From positions 1,006,380 to 1,070,379 of the forward strand of contig VJWM01000106.1 of NCBI GenBank assembly GCA_010909165.1: a stretch of 64,000 bases of DNA, given 5' to 3'. This DNA comes from Anthoceros angustus. Taxonomy: Eukaryota > Plantae > Anthocerotophyta. The notes under the pieces are model-generated. The model was given only the letters and a program-made list of their open reading frames with translations. It ran no database searches and was not told the DNA's origin. Position numbers and translations under genes: made by a program. Shown one piece after another: positions 11,292-25,476 of the stretch (the first letter of the stretch is position 1; each line of letters opens with the position of its first letter).

Positions 11292-13055
11292 CTATGCCAG
11301 CACTGTACCTGACTTAGTGTAACCATTCATGCTCGGCTTCAGCTTTAGAGCTCGGCACACATCGTTGCATTTGTGCGTTTTGTAAAAGAGGTCAAATCCC
11401 GCTTCTCCCAAGTTTGTCGTGGTGAAGCGCAACAAATCCTTGCTGTGTATGGCTGGATCACACAGCCAAAACTCGTTCTCGCCGTTTGAACTTCGCACTC
11501 GCACGCCCTGGAGGTCAGTCACCATGAGGTGACCTTTCGACCTTCATGCGTCCAGTGACTAAACGCCTGCAAGGTAGCAGCGTAATCTGCCGTATTTACA
11601 TATCCAGCATTATTCGAATACTTTATCCATGTCCCTTTCAGAAATTTCTCCTTGTTGTAGAAAAGGCATGGCCCGCCGGATGCACCTTCCACATTGAGAG
11701 TTGTTACCATGGAGAACGTCACCTGCTTAGCCCCTACCAGGTTCCTCATCTTCTCGTTAAATTCTGTGGCCATCTGTCCAGACACAGTTTGCACCTCCAT
11801 CTGCTCCAGATACCGCTCTTTCTGGTGAACATCCGAGCTCTTTGCAGCCACAGGCACCTTCAACCTCTTGAGCACTATGGGAAAGGATGTTCCTGCCGAG
11901 ACTTTCGTTACCTGCGCATAATAAGGCCACCGCATAGCTCCACTTCCAATGAACGGATGTGGTGCTATCTGCACATAAACCGTTGGCATTGGCTCCAGTT
12001 CAAGATTCTTGCTGGAAGCCAGTCTCTCAAAAGCTGATCCAAGGAGCCGTAGAACTTGCCCCTCAACTGCTGCGCAATCCGAGAGGGAATTTTCTGCCAA
12101 TCTCGGGGAATCCCAGGCTGCACCGTCTCGAAAACGGACGTGTCGGGCGGCCTTTCGCTTTGCCAAGACAGCTCAATGTACTGGATATGGTCTCGTTGGA
12201 GACCGCCACCACCTTCAGCGGTATGTCGCTGATGTTGTTGAAGAGCTCCTGCTGTATCCACCTCCCTCCACCTCTTTCTGAAATTCCGTCACCATCTTCT
12301 TAGTAGACTGGTTGAGGTGACAAAATGTAGCTTGAAATTTTGCACCGATCGCGCAATGTCCGAAGCAGAACGCCGATATCCCGAACCAGCTTGTCCCCGT
12401 CGGCGTACCTGTCTCCTACCCCGTCATGAAACCGCCTGCCATGGCAAGGAGCGTCACCAATGTGAATCAACACACGATTAGCTGCCTGCCAGCTCAAATT
12501 GGCCACATCCTCTAGGCCACTAAAACATCTTCCGCATCATCCAGGCCAGCGCCGGATGCCTTCACTTCTGACAGGGCTGTGACCAAGACGCTGCCATCAC
12601 CGCGGAAGCTGGTGGTGAAGTCACACCTCTTGTAAGGGGATCGTCGTAATCCCGGTAAGACGCGAACGCCACTCGCAGCTTGGACTGAGGATGTGCTTGC
12701 GTGATGCCCTCCGCCACAGAAGCCACCTGGCCTTGCGGATGATGATGCTCAGCTCAGCCTTGCGCTTCTGCGTTGCATCCTTGCGGTGCCGTTCCAGGTA
12801 AGACAGCCGCTCATTCTTGGCTGGGAGCTGAGCTTCCACTATGGCCAGCTTCTGGCGCGTTTGAGAGGATGCAGCGTCCCTGGCCGCGCTGCTGCTGGCA
12901 CTGCTTCTGCTGCTGCTGCTGCTTGTCTCACTCGATGAGATGTTTGCTTCGAGCTTCTGCAGTAGCAGCTTCAGCTTCTCCAATTCCAACCTCGTTCTGG
13001 TCCTGGTTGCGGATCTCCAATAGCTCTCCTCAATGGCCGGTAGTAGGAACGCCAT
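11292..13055 (-). pseudogene. Type A'/A chimeric coiled-coil-VWA-alpha-kinase, MIDAS strand deleted (copy 1)
   Basis: Colinear with type A; 73-nt deletion at ~12730; several 1-bp indels; complete kinase C-terminus (DLQGV, CDPAIHS, NLGEAGF, HKCNDVC). Confidence 0.9.
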
Positions 13056-13390
13056 GGAGTTTGCTGCAATTGCGAATAAATGCTAGGTTGTTGGAGTTTT
13101 TCACTACGCAGCTCTGCCCCTTCTGCAGGCGGCGGAGGGAAGCTTCTGGAAATGATAACGGCCGCCGCCAACGGCAACCCGTTGCCGCTAGACCATTAAG
13201 AGCCTGCAATCGAGCTGTAACCTGCAACGCTGCTTAAGGGCAAAGCCTGCAGGCCATTGGGGCCAAGAGTACGGACGGCGAGGCCACGTCATCACGGTGA
13301 ACGAACGAACGTCCTCCGGATTTGAACAGGATGTCACTCCACACATTACATGCATGCATGTATGTCCTCCTTCGGCGCTAAAGCTCAAGG

Positions 13391-13795
13391 TGGCCTCATC
13401 CTGTTGAGGGTGTGACTGTGGGTATTCTTGCAGACTCACAGCTTCCCCTAGGCACAAATCCATCGTGCTCTTGGAGGCCATTGACTGGTCACTGAAAATC
13501 GTGATTCACAACTTCGATTTGGGTTCCAAAGTGCTTACAACAACGCACTGTTCAACCACGATACGTTTCAAGCTTGGGATGTAATAAAATCGAAGCACAT
13601 ACAAGAAAGTTCAACCACGATACGTCTCAAGTTCGGTATGTATTCAAATCGAAGAACATACAAGCAACGGGTGTCAGCACATGTTCGAGATTGGACGGAC
13701 TCCAGATCTTCTAATTCCCAAGACAAGGTTCCTTGGCAGTACAGCTATGAGGCCTGATGACTGAAAAGAGCAGTAAGGCCTGATGACTGAGAAAG
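13391..13795 (+). pseudogene. Captured 3' fragment of the GT92 gene (copy 1)
   Basis: Aligns by eye to ~5657-5992 (e.g. ggcacaaatccatcgtgctcttggaggccattgac is identical). Confidence 0.92.
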
Positions 13796-13880
13796 GCAGT
13801 GATGAGACTGCTGCTATCATGTACCGCAAAATTTGAAAGCATGCGCAGCCATCTAGCGAAGCAAAACATAATCCACAACT

Positions 13881-14698
13881 CTACGTGCCTCTGCCATACG
13901 ATCCCACTGCCTTTAGCTTCAGAGCTCGGCACACATCGTTGCACTGGTGTGTTTCGTAGAAGAGCTTAAATCCTGATTCTCCCATGTTCGTCTGGGTGAA
14001 GCGTTGTAAATCTTGCTGTAGATGGCCGGATCACTGAGCCAAAACTCGTCCTCCGACCCTGGGTTCTGCGCTCGCACACCCTGGAGGTCACCCACGATAA
14101 GGTGACCTTTAGACCTTTCATACGTCCAATGAGTGAACGCCTGCAAGGAATGAGCGTAATCGGACTTATCCACATATCCGCTATTGCAGGAATACTTCTT
14201 CCATGATCCTTCGAGAGGTTTCTCCATGTTGTAGAATTTGCACGGCTCCCCGATGCACCTTCCACTTGGAGGGTTGTGACCACGGAGAACGTCACCCGTC
14301 TTGCCCTGGCAGGTTCCTCGTCCTATCATTGAATTCGTCGGCCAATCGTGCACTCACTACTTGCACCTCCATTTGCGCTAGATACCGCGCCTTATCCAGG
14401 CGTGCAGGCCCCGGCACCTTGAAATTCTTCACCACCATCGGAAATGGTGTCCCTGACGAGTCATTCATTACCCGGGCATGAAAAGGCCACCTATTAGCCC
14501 TTCATTGCTGAATGGGTTTGGAGCAACCTGAAGAGCAATTGCTGCGATAGCTTCCAGTTCAAGATTCATGCGGGATTCCAGTCTGGCCAAAAGGTCATCC
14601 AAGGAATCGTAAACCTTGAAACTGAATTGCTGCGCCTTGTGATAGGGAATCGTTTCCCAGTTCGGTTCCACTACTGGTTTCGGCGCCGCAGTGCCCAT
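13881..14698 (-). pseudogene. Type B kinase-only alpha-kinase paralog (copy 1), frameshifted as assembled
   Basis: PFSNEG, MVVKNFK, QMEVQ, KYSCNSG, LQAFTHWTY, GDLQGV, SDPAIYS and HQCNDVC present across frames; no VWA upstream. Confidence 0.85.
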
Positions 14699-15566
14699 GT
14701 CGGGGCTTCACGTTGTTTCTTGGTGACTGGTTATGTCGTTCCCGGTAGGGCAGCCGCCTCCAATACCAGTCCTGTATTTGCAAATCCGGCCTCACTGTAG
14801 CTCCGCGATGCACAGCAGCTAGCTAGAACTTCCAGGAATCCGCCGTCGCCACAGTGGTACAGACGTCGATGTACAACCCGGTGGCGGAAATTGCGAACAC
14901 TGAAGTCCGAGACAGTGAAGCGCATTCCTTTCCTCGCCTCATTTCTAAGCCGCGCCAGCGTTTCGTTACTCTTAAGCTTTAAGCCACTGAGGCTTGAGCT
15001 TCTAATTACGCCCTTGAGCTTACGCCAACTCCTGAGGCTGAGCTACGCTTGAGCGTATAATCACGCCCCTTGAGCTCACGCCGCCTACTGAGGCTGAGCT
15101 ACTCTGCTACACTTGAGCTGATAATTACGCCCCGTTCTGCTTCGGACGTACCAGCGTTACGCATAAGAGGCAGGTGACGATGGGCCGGCCTATCCGTGTC
15201 AGGTCCACCCGCCAATCCACTAATGACGCCATCGACGCTGGGTAGCTCGGTATGGGCAGGGCCAGAAAATAGGTTGGGCAAAGTGTTTCTCTTCTGCCCA
15301 GACTTTGGTCCATCGGGCCGTGTGCAACGACGGGGTGTGCACATTCCTGGGAATGTGGTGTGCTAACTCGAATCATAGCAACTACGGCGTGTACACATAA
15401 GGAGCGACTCCGTCACAGCCTGTCCATCAAAACTCCGCTAGCTATCCGTAAACCCACTCATGAACAAATCAGGGTTGGGGAGATGGGACGGCTGTTATCG
15501 TCTATGGCAAAATTTGAAAGCATCCCATCCAGCAAAGCAAAACCTTCTAGAAACTCATATATCTTC

Positions 15567-18500
15567 TGTTAAAATGATAGCATTAGCCCTTAGGGCACGC
15601 TGAAGAGCAAGGCTACAAGCAGAACATTTAGAAAATATCAGATCACTTAGAGAGCAAAGGAATCTTAAAGAAGCAGGAGAAAACTTGTGGCATTACGGTT
15701 GGAACGTTACCTGCGGTGTCCTGCTGCTAATTGGGGAAGAAATTCTCTTAAGAGGTCACATTGACCTAACAGAGTACGATTGGTCTTATCTGCAAGTTGA
15801 ATTTTTGTTTCACCAACCATGAAGAAACAGTTCACTACAACCCCGGCGTAATTGCCCCAATTTCCCATGAAACTCAAGCGACAAGTCACATCTTGCCTAG
15901 GAAACCTAAGCCGCCAACATGGCCTCTACCAACTTCCATCCGCAAAAGACATAGAAGACACCCACAATTCCGTAATTGAAAATTGAATGGACCAACCACA
16001 TGCCCACATAAAATCTCCCCAACGAACGTCTGAGTCCTTATTACTATGCAAATAGAAAATATCTACCCTACTCGAAACAGTTTTCGAGTCTAGAAACCAG
16101 ACACACACAAGATGTCAACCTCTCACCTCTCCTTGTCCAAGGAGGACAAGTTCGATGGCAGCAACACAATTTCCATACTGGAAATTGGGATGACCAACAT
16201 CCTCAAAGAGCGCAAGCTGGGCTACGTCGGGGTAGGCAACCCCGCCCCCATACCTTTCCCAGCAGAACCCAAAGAAGACAAAGACGATCGGAGGACCACA
16301 ACCAACAAGCTAAAATGTTCTCATGCAAAGCATGAAGCAAAACACCGTCCAAGAATTCGAGGGGCACACGGTAGCGGCTGACACCTGAAATCTATGACGC
16401 CCACGACATTATGCATACAATACACACCATCAAGAGCTACCTCGGCCTCCGCATGGCGAGGGTGACCATGTGGACCACCATGCAATGGTGTTTGAGCACA
16501 GCGGTGAAGTTCCGGGCCCTTGGCTTCAACATCCCGAGGAGCTCCTAGTAGCAGTGCTATCAACACTAGCGGAATCGTGGGTGGCCGTGCAAAGCTTACA
16601 GGGCATTCAACCTCTAACAACAAGGTACTGCTATGCTTACGAGGAAGGCCGCGGGAAGGTCTTCGCTCACGCCGGAGAACCCTCCTCCAGCAGCGCCTTC
16701 TTCACAGAAAGAGGGAGGCAACGAGGTCGCGGACGAGGCAATTTCCGGGGAACAAACCGCGGCACCCCTAGAGGACGGGGCTTCTTTCCCAGCCGTGGCA
16801 GAGGTACACACAACCCTTCATGGAAGCCCGTCTGCGGCTACTGCAAAATCCCTGGACACACATACGAGGAATGCCGGAAAAGATTAGGCTCTTCTAACAA
16901 CTACAGAAATCAACATTCGGATGGCCTTAACCATGCAAATGACACTCCAAGGCTTTCTTTACTCACGTTAGCCATGAAACACCACCTCAAAGACACCTCC
17001 TCTTGACTCTTGCAGCTTTTTTCAGCACAAGGAACAAGCACATGTACATAGATTGAGTCAGACATGACTCCCCACAAGGAATACTTCACAAGCCTCAACC
17101 CTACAAAGACAATCCAACTTTGTTAGCCTTGGTGACAACTCCAAACACCACATAATAGGGTCGGATCAGAGACCTAAGCGTCCAACCTAATTCAACCATG
17201 CAAATTTCGACGTCCTCTTAGTACCGGACTCACCAAAATCTCTTTTTGCGTAAGGTTGATCAGGATGCTACGTTTGTTTTGGAGATGGCCATTGCGTCAT
17301 AGAAACCCCACAAGGCGATCCGACACAGGCGACCTTAAGAACGATGATTTGTACCACCTACGGGTTAGCCACCCTCTTCACTCTCTGGCACGAGACAAAA
17401 TCGACCTTTCTCGCACGCCACTTGGGCACATGAACGTCAGAATGCAGGATATGATTAAAACACAAGCTGCTCATGGTATTCCTCTTACCAATATCGAGGA
17501 CTTCGGTATCTGCGACGCATGCTCCCTCGGCAAGAGTCACCGCTCAGCCTTCCCTAAGGCATCCTACACACGAGCTACCAAGCGGCTTCAGTTAGTGCAT
17601 TCCGACCTATGCGGGCCTTTCAAACGATCCCTATTTGGATATACATATTTCATGCTGGTAATCGACGACTTCACTCGATTCACCGTTATATACATCCTCA
17701 AGAACAAGGCCCAAGCATTCCCATGCTTTAAAGAGTACAAGATATGGTCGGAGAAGCAACGGTGACACCTTACTGCCTCGGATCGAGCGGTGGTGAATCT
17801 TGCTCCACCCAATTTTCCACCTTCCGCAAGGAACACGACATTCATCGGATTACCACTCCACACACCTCTCCTTGTCCAAGGAGGACAAGTTCGATAAAAC
17901 ACAATTTCCATACTGGAAATTCGGGATGACCAACATCCTCAAAGAGCGCAAGCTGGGCTACGTCGGGGTAGGCAACCCCCGCCCCCATACCTTTCCCAGC
18001 AGAACCCAAAGAAGACAAAGAAGGCGGGAGGACCACAACCAACAAGCTAAAATGTTCTCATGCAAAGCATGAAGCAAGGCACCGCCTCGAGGGACAGCCA
18101 CGGTGACACTGACACCGCATGAAATCTATGACGCCCACGACATTATGCATACAATACACACCATCAAGAGCTACCTCGGCCTCCGCATGGCGAGAGGTGA
18201 CCATGTGGACCACCATGCAATGGTGTTTCGAGCTGACGGTGAAGTTCCAGGCCCTTGGCTTCAACATCCCCGAGGAGCTCCTAGCAGCAATTCTGCTATC
18301 AACACTACCGGAATCGTGGGTCAGCGTCGTGCAAAGCTTACAGGGCATTCAACCTCTAACAGTCAACAAGGTACTCAGTGCTATGCTTACAGAGGAAGGC
18401 CGCAGGAAGGTCTTCGCTCACGCCGGAGAACCCTCCTCCAGCAGCGCCTTCTTCACAGGAAGAGGGAGGCAACGAGGTCGCGGACGAGGCAATTTCCGGG

Positions 18501-21500
18501 GAACAAACCGCGGCACCCCTAGAGGACGGGGCTCCTTTCCCAGCCGTGGCAGAGGTACATACAACCCTTCATGGAAGCCCGTCTGCATCGCAAAATCCCT
18601 AGACACACATCGAGGAATGCCGGAAAAGATTAGGCTCTTCTAACAACTACAAATCAACATTCGGATGGCCTTAACCATGCAAATGACACTCCAAGGCTTT
18701 CTTTACTCACGTTAGCCATGAAACACCACCTCTAGCACACCCTCGGCTCTTGTAGCTTCCTTTTCAGCACAAGGAACATGCAGTACATAGATTAGGACAT
18801 GACTCCCCAAGGAATACTTCACAGGCCTCAACCCTACAGCACAATCCAACTTTGTTAGCCTTGGTGACAACTCCAAACACCACATAATAGGGTCGGATCA
18901 GAGACCTAAGCGTCCAACCTAATTCAACCCTGCAAATTTCGACGTCCTCTTAGTACCGGACTCACCAAAATCTCTTTTTCATCGTAAGGTTGATCAGCCG
19001 GTGGATGCTACGTTTGTTTTGGAGATGGCCATTGCGTCATAGAAACCCCACAAAATCGGTGCCAGCGACCTTAAGAACGATGATTTGTACCACCTACGGG
19101 TTAGCCACCCTCTTCACTCTCTGCGCATGCGGAGACAAAATCGACCTTTCTCGCATGGCTTGGGCACATGAACGTCAGAATGCAGGATATGATTAAAACA
19201 CAAGCTGCTCATGGTATTCCTCTTACCAATATCGAGGACTTGATCTCTGCGCATGCTCCCTCGGCAAGAGTCACCGCCTTCCCTAAGGCATCCTACACAC
19301 GAGCTGGCGGTTAGTGCATTCCGACCTATGCGGGCCTTTCAAACGATCCCTATTTGGATATACATATTTCATCGGTAATCGACTTCACTCGATTCACCGT
19401 TATATAAATCCTCAAGAACAAGGCCCAAGCATTCCCATGCTTTAAAGAGTACAAGATATGGTCGGAGAAGCAACGGTGACACCTTACTCGCCTCGGATCG
19501 GTGGTGGTGAATCGCTCCACCCAATTTTCCACCTTCCGCAAGGAACACGACATTCATCGGATTACCACTCCACACACCTCTCGGCAGAATGGGGTCGCGA
19601 GCGGATGAACCGAACTATACAAAATTGCTAGCCATGCTTATTCATGCACGCTCAAATCCCTCTGGCGAGGCGATGCGACATCTTTGTCTACATTGGTAAT
19701 CGCACAATTACCTCATCCTCTCACAGGCACTCCATATGCTCACGGCAGACAGAAGCCGGATTTATCCTCCTTGCGGGTCTTGTGCTCCGTGTATGCTCAT
19801 GTTCCCAAGGTTATCGTGACAAAACTCGACAACAAGGCACAAAAGCTTACATTTATCGGCTTCACCAACGGATCAAAGGATACAAGCTAATCCACCCTCA
19901 AACGCACAAGGTGACCCATTCTCGACGTCACATTTCTTGAGGATATGTCTGACCCCACATCCGGTGGGAGTTTCTTCACAATCTAGGCGATGATGGCGAC
20001 AATGGCTCCATGGACTTCTCGCCGCCACTTTCCAAGACACCGCCAAACCCGCCCAGCCTCGGCCCTCCACTCGGCCCGTGCCACACCCCACGGCCCCTAC
20101 GCACGGCCCCTTATCACGGCCCGCTCGGGACACACCACAACCCATCACATTGAGATTTCGACACGATCTTGGCCCCTCACTGCCTCAGCGCCCTCAAGCC
20201 CAGCGCCATGGCTCTCGGGCGAAGGCAGTGCCGCGAGATGCGGAGGACGATGACCTCCATTATAGCAGCCCTGCAGGTGCGCACCCGGGACACCCTCAAT
20301 CCGACAATTTCGATCCAGGAGAGCTCGGCGAGCGCCACCGCAGATCAGGCACCCCACAACTGGCGCACGAGCACGGCACTCGGTCTTCCTCACCGGCATC
20401 CCCATGGCTGCAAACCCCGCGCTCTCAACAATCAGCGCCCTGATCACTTGCAGGTAGCCGGGACACCTCTCGGCAGAATGGGGTCGAGCGGATGAACCGA
20501 ACTATACAAATTGCTAGCCATGCTTATTCATGCACAGCTCAAATCCCTCTGGCGAGGCGATGCAAAGATGTCACATTGGTAATCGCACAATTACCTCATC
20601 CTCTCACAGGCACTCCATGCATTGGAGGCAATAAGCGGATTTATCCTCCTTGCGGGTCTTGTGCTCCATGTATGCTCATGTTCCCAAGGTTATCGTGACA
20701 AAACTCGACAACAAGGCACAAAAGCTTACATTTATCGGCTTCACCAACGGATCAAAGGATACAAGCTAATCCACCCTCAAACGCACAAGGTGACCCATTC
20801 TCGACGTCACATTTCTTGAGGATATACAGCCACATCCGGTGGGAGTTTCTTCACAATCAGACAAGCGATGGCGACAATGGTTCCATGGACTTCTCGCCGC
20901 CACTTTCCAAAGACAACCGCCAAACCCGCCCACCGCCTCCACTCGGCCCGTGCCACGCCGGCCCCTACGCACGGCCCCTTATCACAGCCCACAGACACAC
21001 CACAACCCATCACATTCGGAGATTTCGACACGATCTTGGCGCCTCACCTCACAAGCCCCAAGAGCGCCATGGCTCTGAGCGGCGGGGCTGTAGCAGTTCG
21101 CAGATCGCGGATCCGAGGACGATGACCTCCATTATAGCAGTGCGCACCGGACACCCTCAATCCGACAATTTCAACACGAGAGCTCAAGAAGGCGAACGCC
21201 CGCCACAGATCGGGCACACCCCACAACTGGCGCACGAGCACGGCACTCGGTCTTCCTCACCAAGATCCCCATGGCTGCAAACCGGCGCTCAATCAGCGCG
21301 CCGATCACTGCGGCCCGGGACCTCGACTTGGGACCGGATCGACCTCAGATGGCACACAAGCTATATGTGCCTCTCGAGGCATGGAGGCAGCCACGGTACT
21401 GACATGGTACTTATTCACAACTCAACTCTCCTACACTTACAGATGCGGGCTCTTCTCCACACACGGCAGTTCAAGTCCTGGCTTTTCAACAAATTGCTCA

Positions 21501-24500
21501 ACAAACATCTGGACATCATCCCGATTCCCCAGAGGCAAACCAACATATATACTTTGAGTTTTCTAATTATAATAATCCAGATATTCAATCAACAGATACT
21601 CAAGATGACAACAATATTTCTGATCCTCATTTTGAGAGCATACATGAGGTTATTCCACACCACTGATACCACCCAGCCTAGACGTAGGCAATCCCAGCTG
21701 TTCCGCAACGGTCGAGATACACCGATATTCTCCTACTAATGGCAAGATCCTAAGAGCAATATAGCATATTGTCTTAATGCAGTAGACCAATTTGTCCACC
21801 GCTAGCTATCGAAGCAATAACGCCACAAAGAACTGGAAGCAAGCAATCAGTCGAACTAGAATCCCTAGAAGCCAATAAAACTTGGACTCTAACTCTTCTA
21901 CCTAAGGACAAAAAATTGGTAGGAAGTAAGTGGACCTTTAAAATTAAATTAAATGTCGATGTATAGAAAGATATAAAGCTAGACTAGCTAAGGGATATTC
22001 ACAAAAATATGGTTTTGACTATGACGAAACCTTTAGTCCTCGTTTCAAAATAACTTCACTTAGAATCCTCTTAGCTTTGGCATCTCATCACAACTATGAA
22101 CTAATGCAACTTGATATTAAGGATGCTTTTCTATATGGCGACCTTGATCACATTATTTATATGGAGATTAGGAAGGATACATGTTCGTGATAAGAAGCAT
22201 AATGCTTGCTTATTATTGAAATCCTTATACGGACTTAAGCAAAGCGCCATGAAATGGTATCACAAGTTAGATGTCACCTTAAGGAGCTAGAGTTCACTAA
22301 GCTAAACTCGATAGCAACATTTATATCAAGAGACTAGGTAATGAATTCATTGTCTTAGGAGTATCGTAGATGACATAGTTCTTATGTCTAATACTAAGGC
22401 TATTTTAGAAAATACCGAACTATACAAATTGCTAGCCATGCTTATTCATGCACGCTCAAATCCCTCTGGCGAGGCGATGCGGCGCATCTTTGTCTACATT
22501 GGTAATCGACAATTACCTCATCCCTCTCACAGGCACTCCATATGCAACTTGGGCAGTAAGCCGGATTTATCCTCCTTGGTCTTGATTGCTCCATGTATGC
22601 TCATGTTCCCAAGGTTATCGTGACAAAACTCGACAACAAGGCACAAAAGCTTACATTTATCGGCTTCACCAACGGATCAAAGGATACAAGCTAATCCACC
22701 CTCAAACGCACAAGGTGACCCATTCTCGACGTCACATTTCTTGAGGATATCACCCATGCCACATCCGGTGGGAGTTTCTTCACAATCAGAAATGATATGG
22801 CGACAATGGCTCCATGGACTTCTCGCCGCCACTTTCCAGTATGACCGGACCTCGGCCCTCCACTCGGCCCGTGCCACGCCGGCCCCTACGCACGGCCCCT
22901 TATCACGGCCCTCGGGACACACCACAACCCATCACATTGAGATTTCGACACGATCTTGGCGCCTCACTGCCTCAAGCCCAGCGCCATGGCTCTCGGGCGA
23001 AGGGGCGGGGTGGCTCGCGAGACCGCGATCCCGAGGCGATGACCTCCATTATAGCAGCCTGCAGTGCGCACAGGACACCCTCAATCCGACAATTTCGATC
23101 CAGGAGAGCTCGGCGACGCCGCCACAACAGATCGGGCACACCCCACAACTGGCGCACGAGCACGGCTCGGTCTTCCTCACCGGCATCCCCATGGCTGCAA
23201 ACCCCGGCGCTCTCAACAATCAGCGCCCTGATCACTTGCAGTAGGCGGCCGGACACCTCTCGACTTGGGACCGGATCGACCTCAGATGGCACACAAGCTA
23301 TGTATACCTACTCGAGGCATGGCGCCAGGACTCTGACATGGTACTTATTCACAACTCAACTCTCCTACACTTACGGATCTGCTCTTCTCCACACGGCTCA
23401 AGTCCGGCTTTTCAACAAATTGCTCAACAAACATTTGGACATCATCCGATTCCCCAAAGGCAAACCAAAATATATACTTTGAGTTTTCTAATTATAATAA
23501 TCCGATATTCAATCAGATACTCAAGACGACAACAATATTTCGATCCTCATTTTGAGAGCATACATGAGGTTATTCCACATCAACTTGATACCAAGCTAGG
23601 CGGCGTGTCCAGCTTCGCAGTCGATACAGATATTCTCCTACTAATGGCAAGATCCTAAGAGCAATATAGCATATTGTCTTAATGCAGAGACCAATTTGTC
23701 CTAGCTATCGAAGCAATAACCGCCCAGAGGAACAGAAGCAAGCAATCAGGTCAGAACTAGAATCCCTAGAAGCCAATAAAACTTGGACTCTAACTCTTCT
23801 ACCTAAGGACAGAAAATTGGTAGGAAGTAAGTGAACATTTAAAATTAAATTAAATGCTAACGGTAGTATAGAAAGATATAAAGCTAGACTGGTAGCTAAG
23901 GGATATTCACAAAAATATGGTTTTGACTACGACGAAACCTTTAGTCCTGTTCTGAAAATATCTTCACTTAGAATCCTCTTAGCTTTGGCATCTCATCACA
24001 ACTATGAACTAATGCAACTTGATATTAAGACAGCTTTTCTATATGGCGACCTTGATCACATTATTTATATGGAGATTAGGAAGGATACATGTTCGTGATA
24101 AGAAGCATAATGCTTGCTTATTATTGAAATCCTTATATGGACTTAAGCAAAGCGCCATGAAATGGTATCACAAGTTAGATGTCGTTAAGGAGCTAGAGTT
24201 CACTAAGCTAAACTCGAGATAGCAACATTTATATCAAGAGACTAGGTAATGAATTCATTGTCTTAGGAGTATCGTAGATGACATAGTTCTTATGTCTAAT
24301 ACTAAGGCTATTTTAGAAAATAGATCTATGCTAGCTAAGCGTTTCTCTATGACAACTTGTAGAGAACTTTCTTCTGCTTAGGCATGTTCTAAGAGATAGA
24401 AACGCTAGAAGCATCCTTATTCACCAGTCCAAATACATCCAAGAGATTCTAACCAAGTTTAAGATGTTAGACGCTAAACCCATCTCTACACCCATGGAAA

Positions 24501-25476
24501 TGAATCTTAAGCTTAGCAGGGAAGCGGACCAACAGGATGATACCTCCACTACTACTCCTCCTCCTTATTCCTCAGCGGTCGGGAGTCTTATGTATCTTAT
24601 GGTTTGCACCAGACCAGATCTATCCTATTCAGTGGGAGCCTTGTCACAATTCCTATCACACTCAAGCTCATTGAAGGCGGTTAAGAGGATACTCGGATAC
24701 TTAAGAGCAACCCCGGACCTAGGGTGCTCTACCAATCACATATCAAACAAGGAGAGCCTTTACAACTAGAAGGTTTTAGCGACGCCGGCGGGCCGGCAAC
24801 GTCGGCGATAGGAAGAGCACAAGCAGCTATGTATACCTACTCGAGGCACAACAAGCTGGAGCAGCAAGAGGCAATTGGTACTCACTCAACAGGCTGAGTA
24901 TTGCTCTTTAACACATGCTTGTAAAGATGGACTTTGGCAACTTCTACAACTTTCGGAGTTAGGCGAAATGCAAAGGATCCCAGGCCTCTCTATTGCGATA
25001 ACCAGAGTGCTATTGCACTCACGTATAATCCAAAGTTCCACGCAGACGAAGCACATAGAGGTGCAATTTCACTTCATAAGGCAAGTAGTTGATGAAGGCA
25101 AGTTTATAGTTGTTTATTGCCCGACAGATGGCCGGGACGTGCTTACGAAGCACTCAGCTCGATCAAGCATCAAGAACACGTGAAGAATATGGGACTAAGA
25201 AGAGTCTCGGTTACACACAAAGCTTAGCAAAGTTTGCACACATATATATATATATATAGCCTAAGGACTACATGCTAAGTGGGAGTGTTAAATGATAGCA
25301 TTAGCCCTTAGGGCACGCTTCATTATTTAAGTCATTAGAGCTCAAGCGCCACCTTGAATGGTCACCATTCAAACGGTTCTGACAACACCGCTTGGGCAAT
25401 GGCCAAGCCTACATTCGAACATTCTCTGTACTCTTATGCAATCTAATGTAAGATCCACACGCATCAGTTCTTCACA
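15567..25476 (+). mobile_element. Ty1/copia LTR retrotransposon family A, copy 1 (5' LTR/PBS partly deleted, three internal duplications)
   Basis: 5' LTR starts TGTTAA at 15567 and is truncated at ~15601; 3' LTR 25286-25476 ends in CA; PPT taagtgggag; TSD TCTTC (15562-15566, 25477-25481). Contains gag knuckle CGYCKIPGHTYEEC, LVHSDLCGP integrase, LKSLYGLKQ RT and RNase H, in copia order. Confidence 0.95.
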
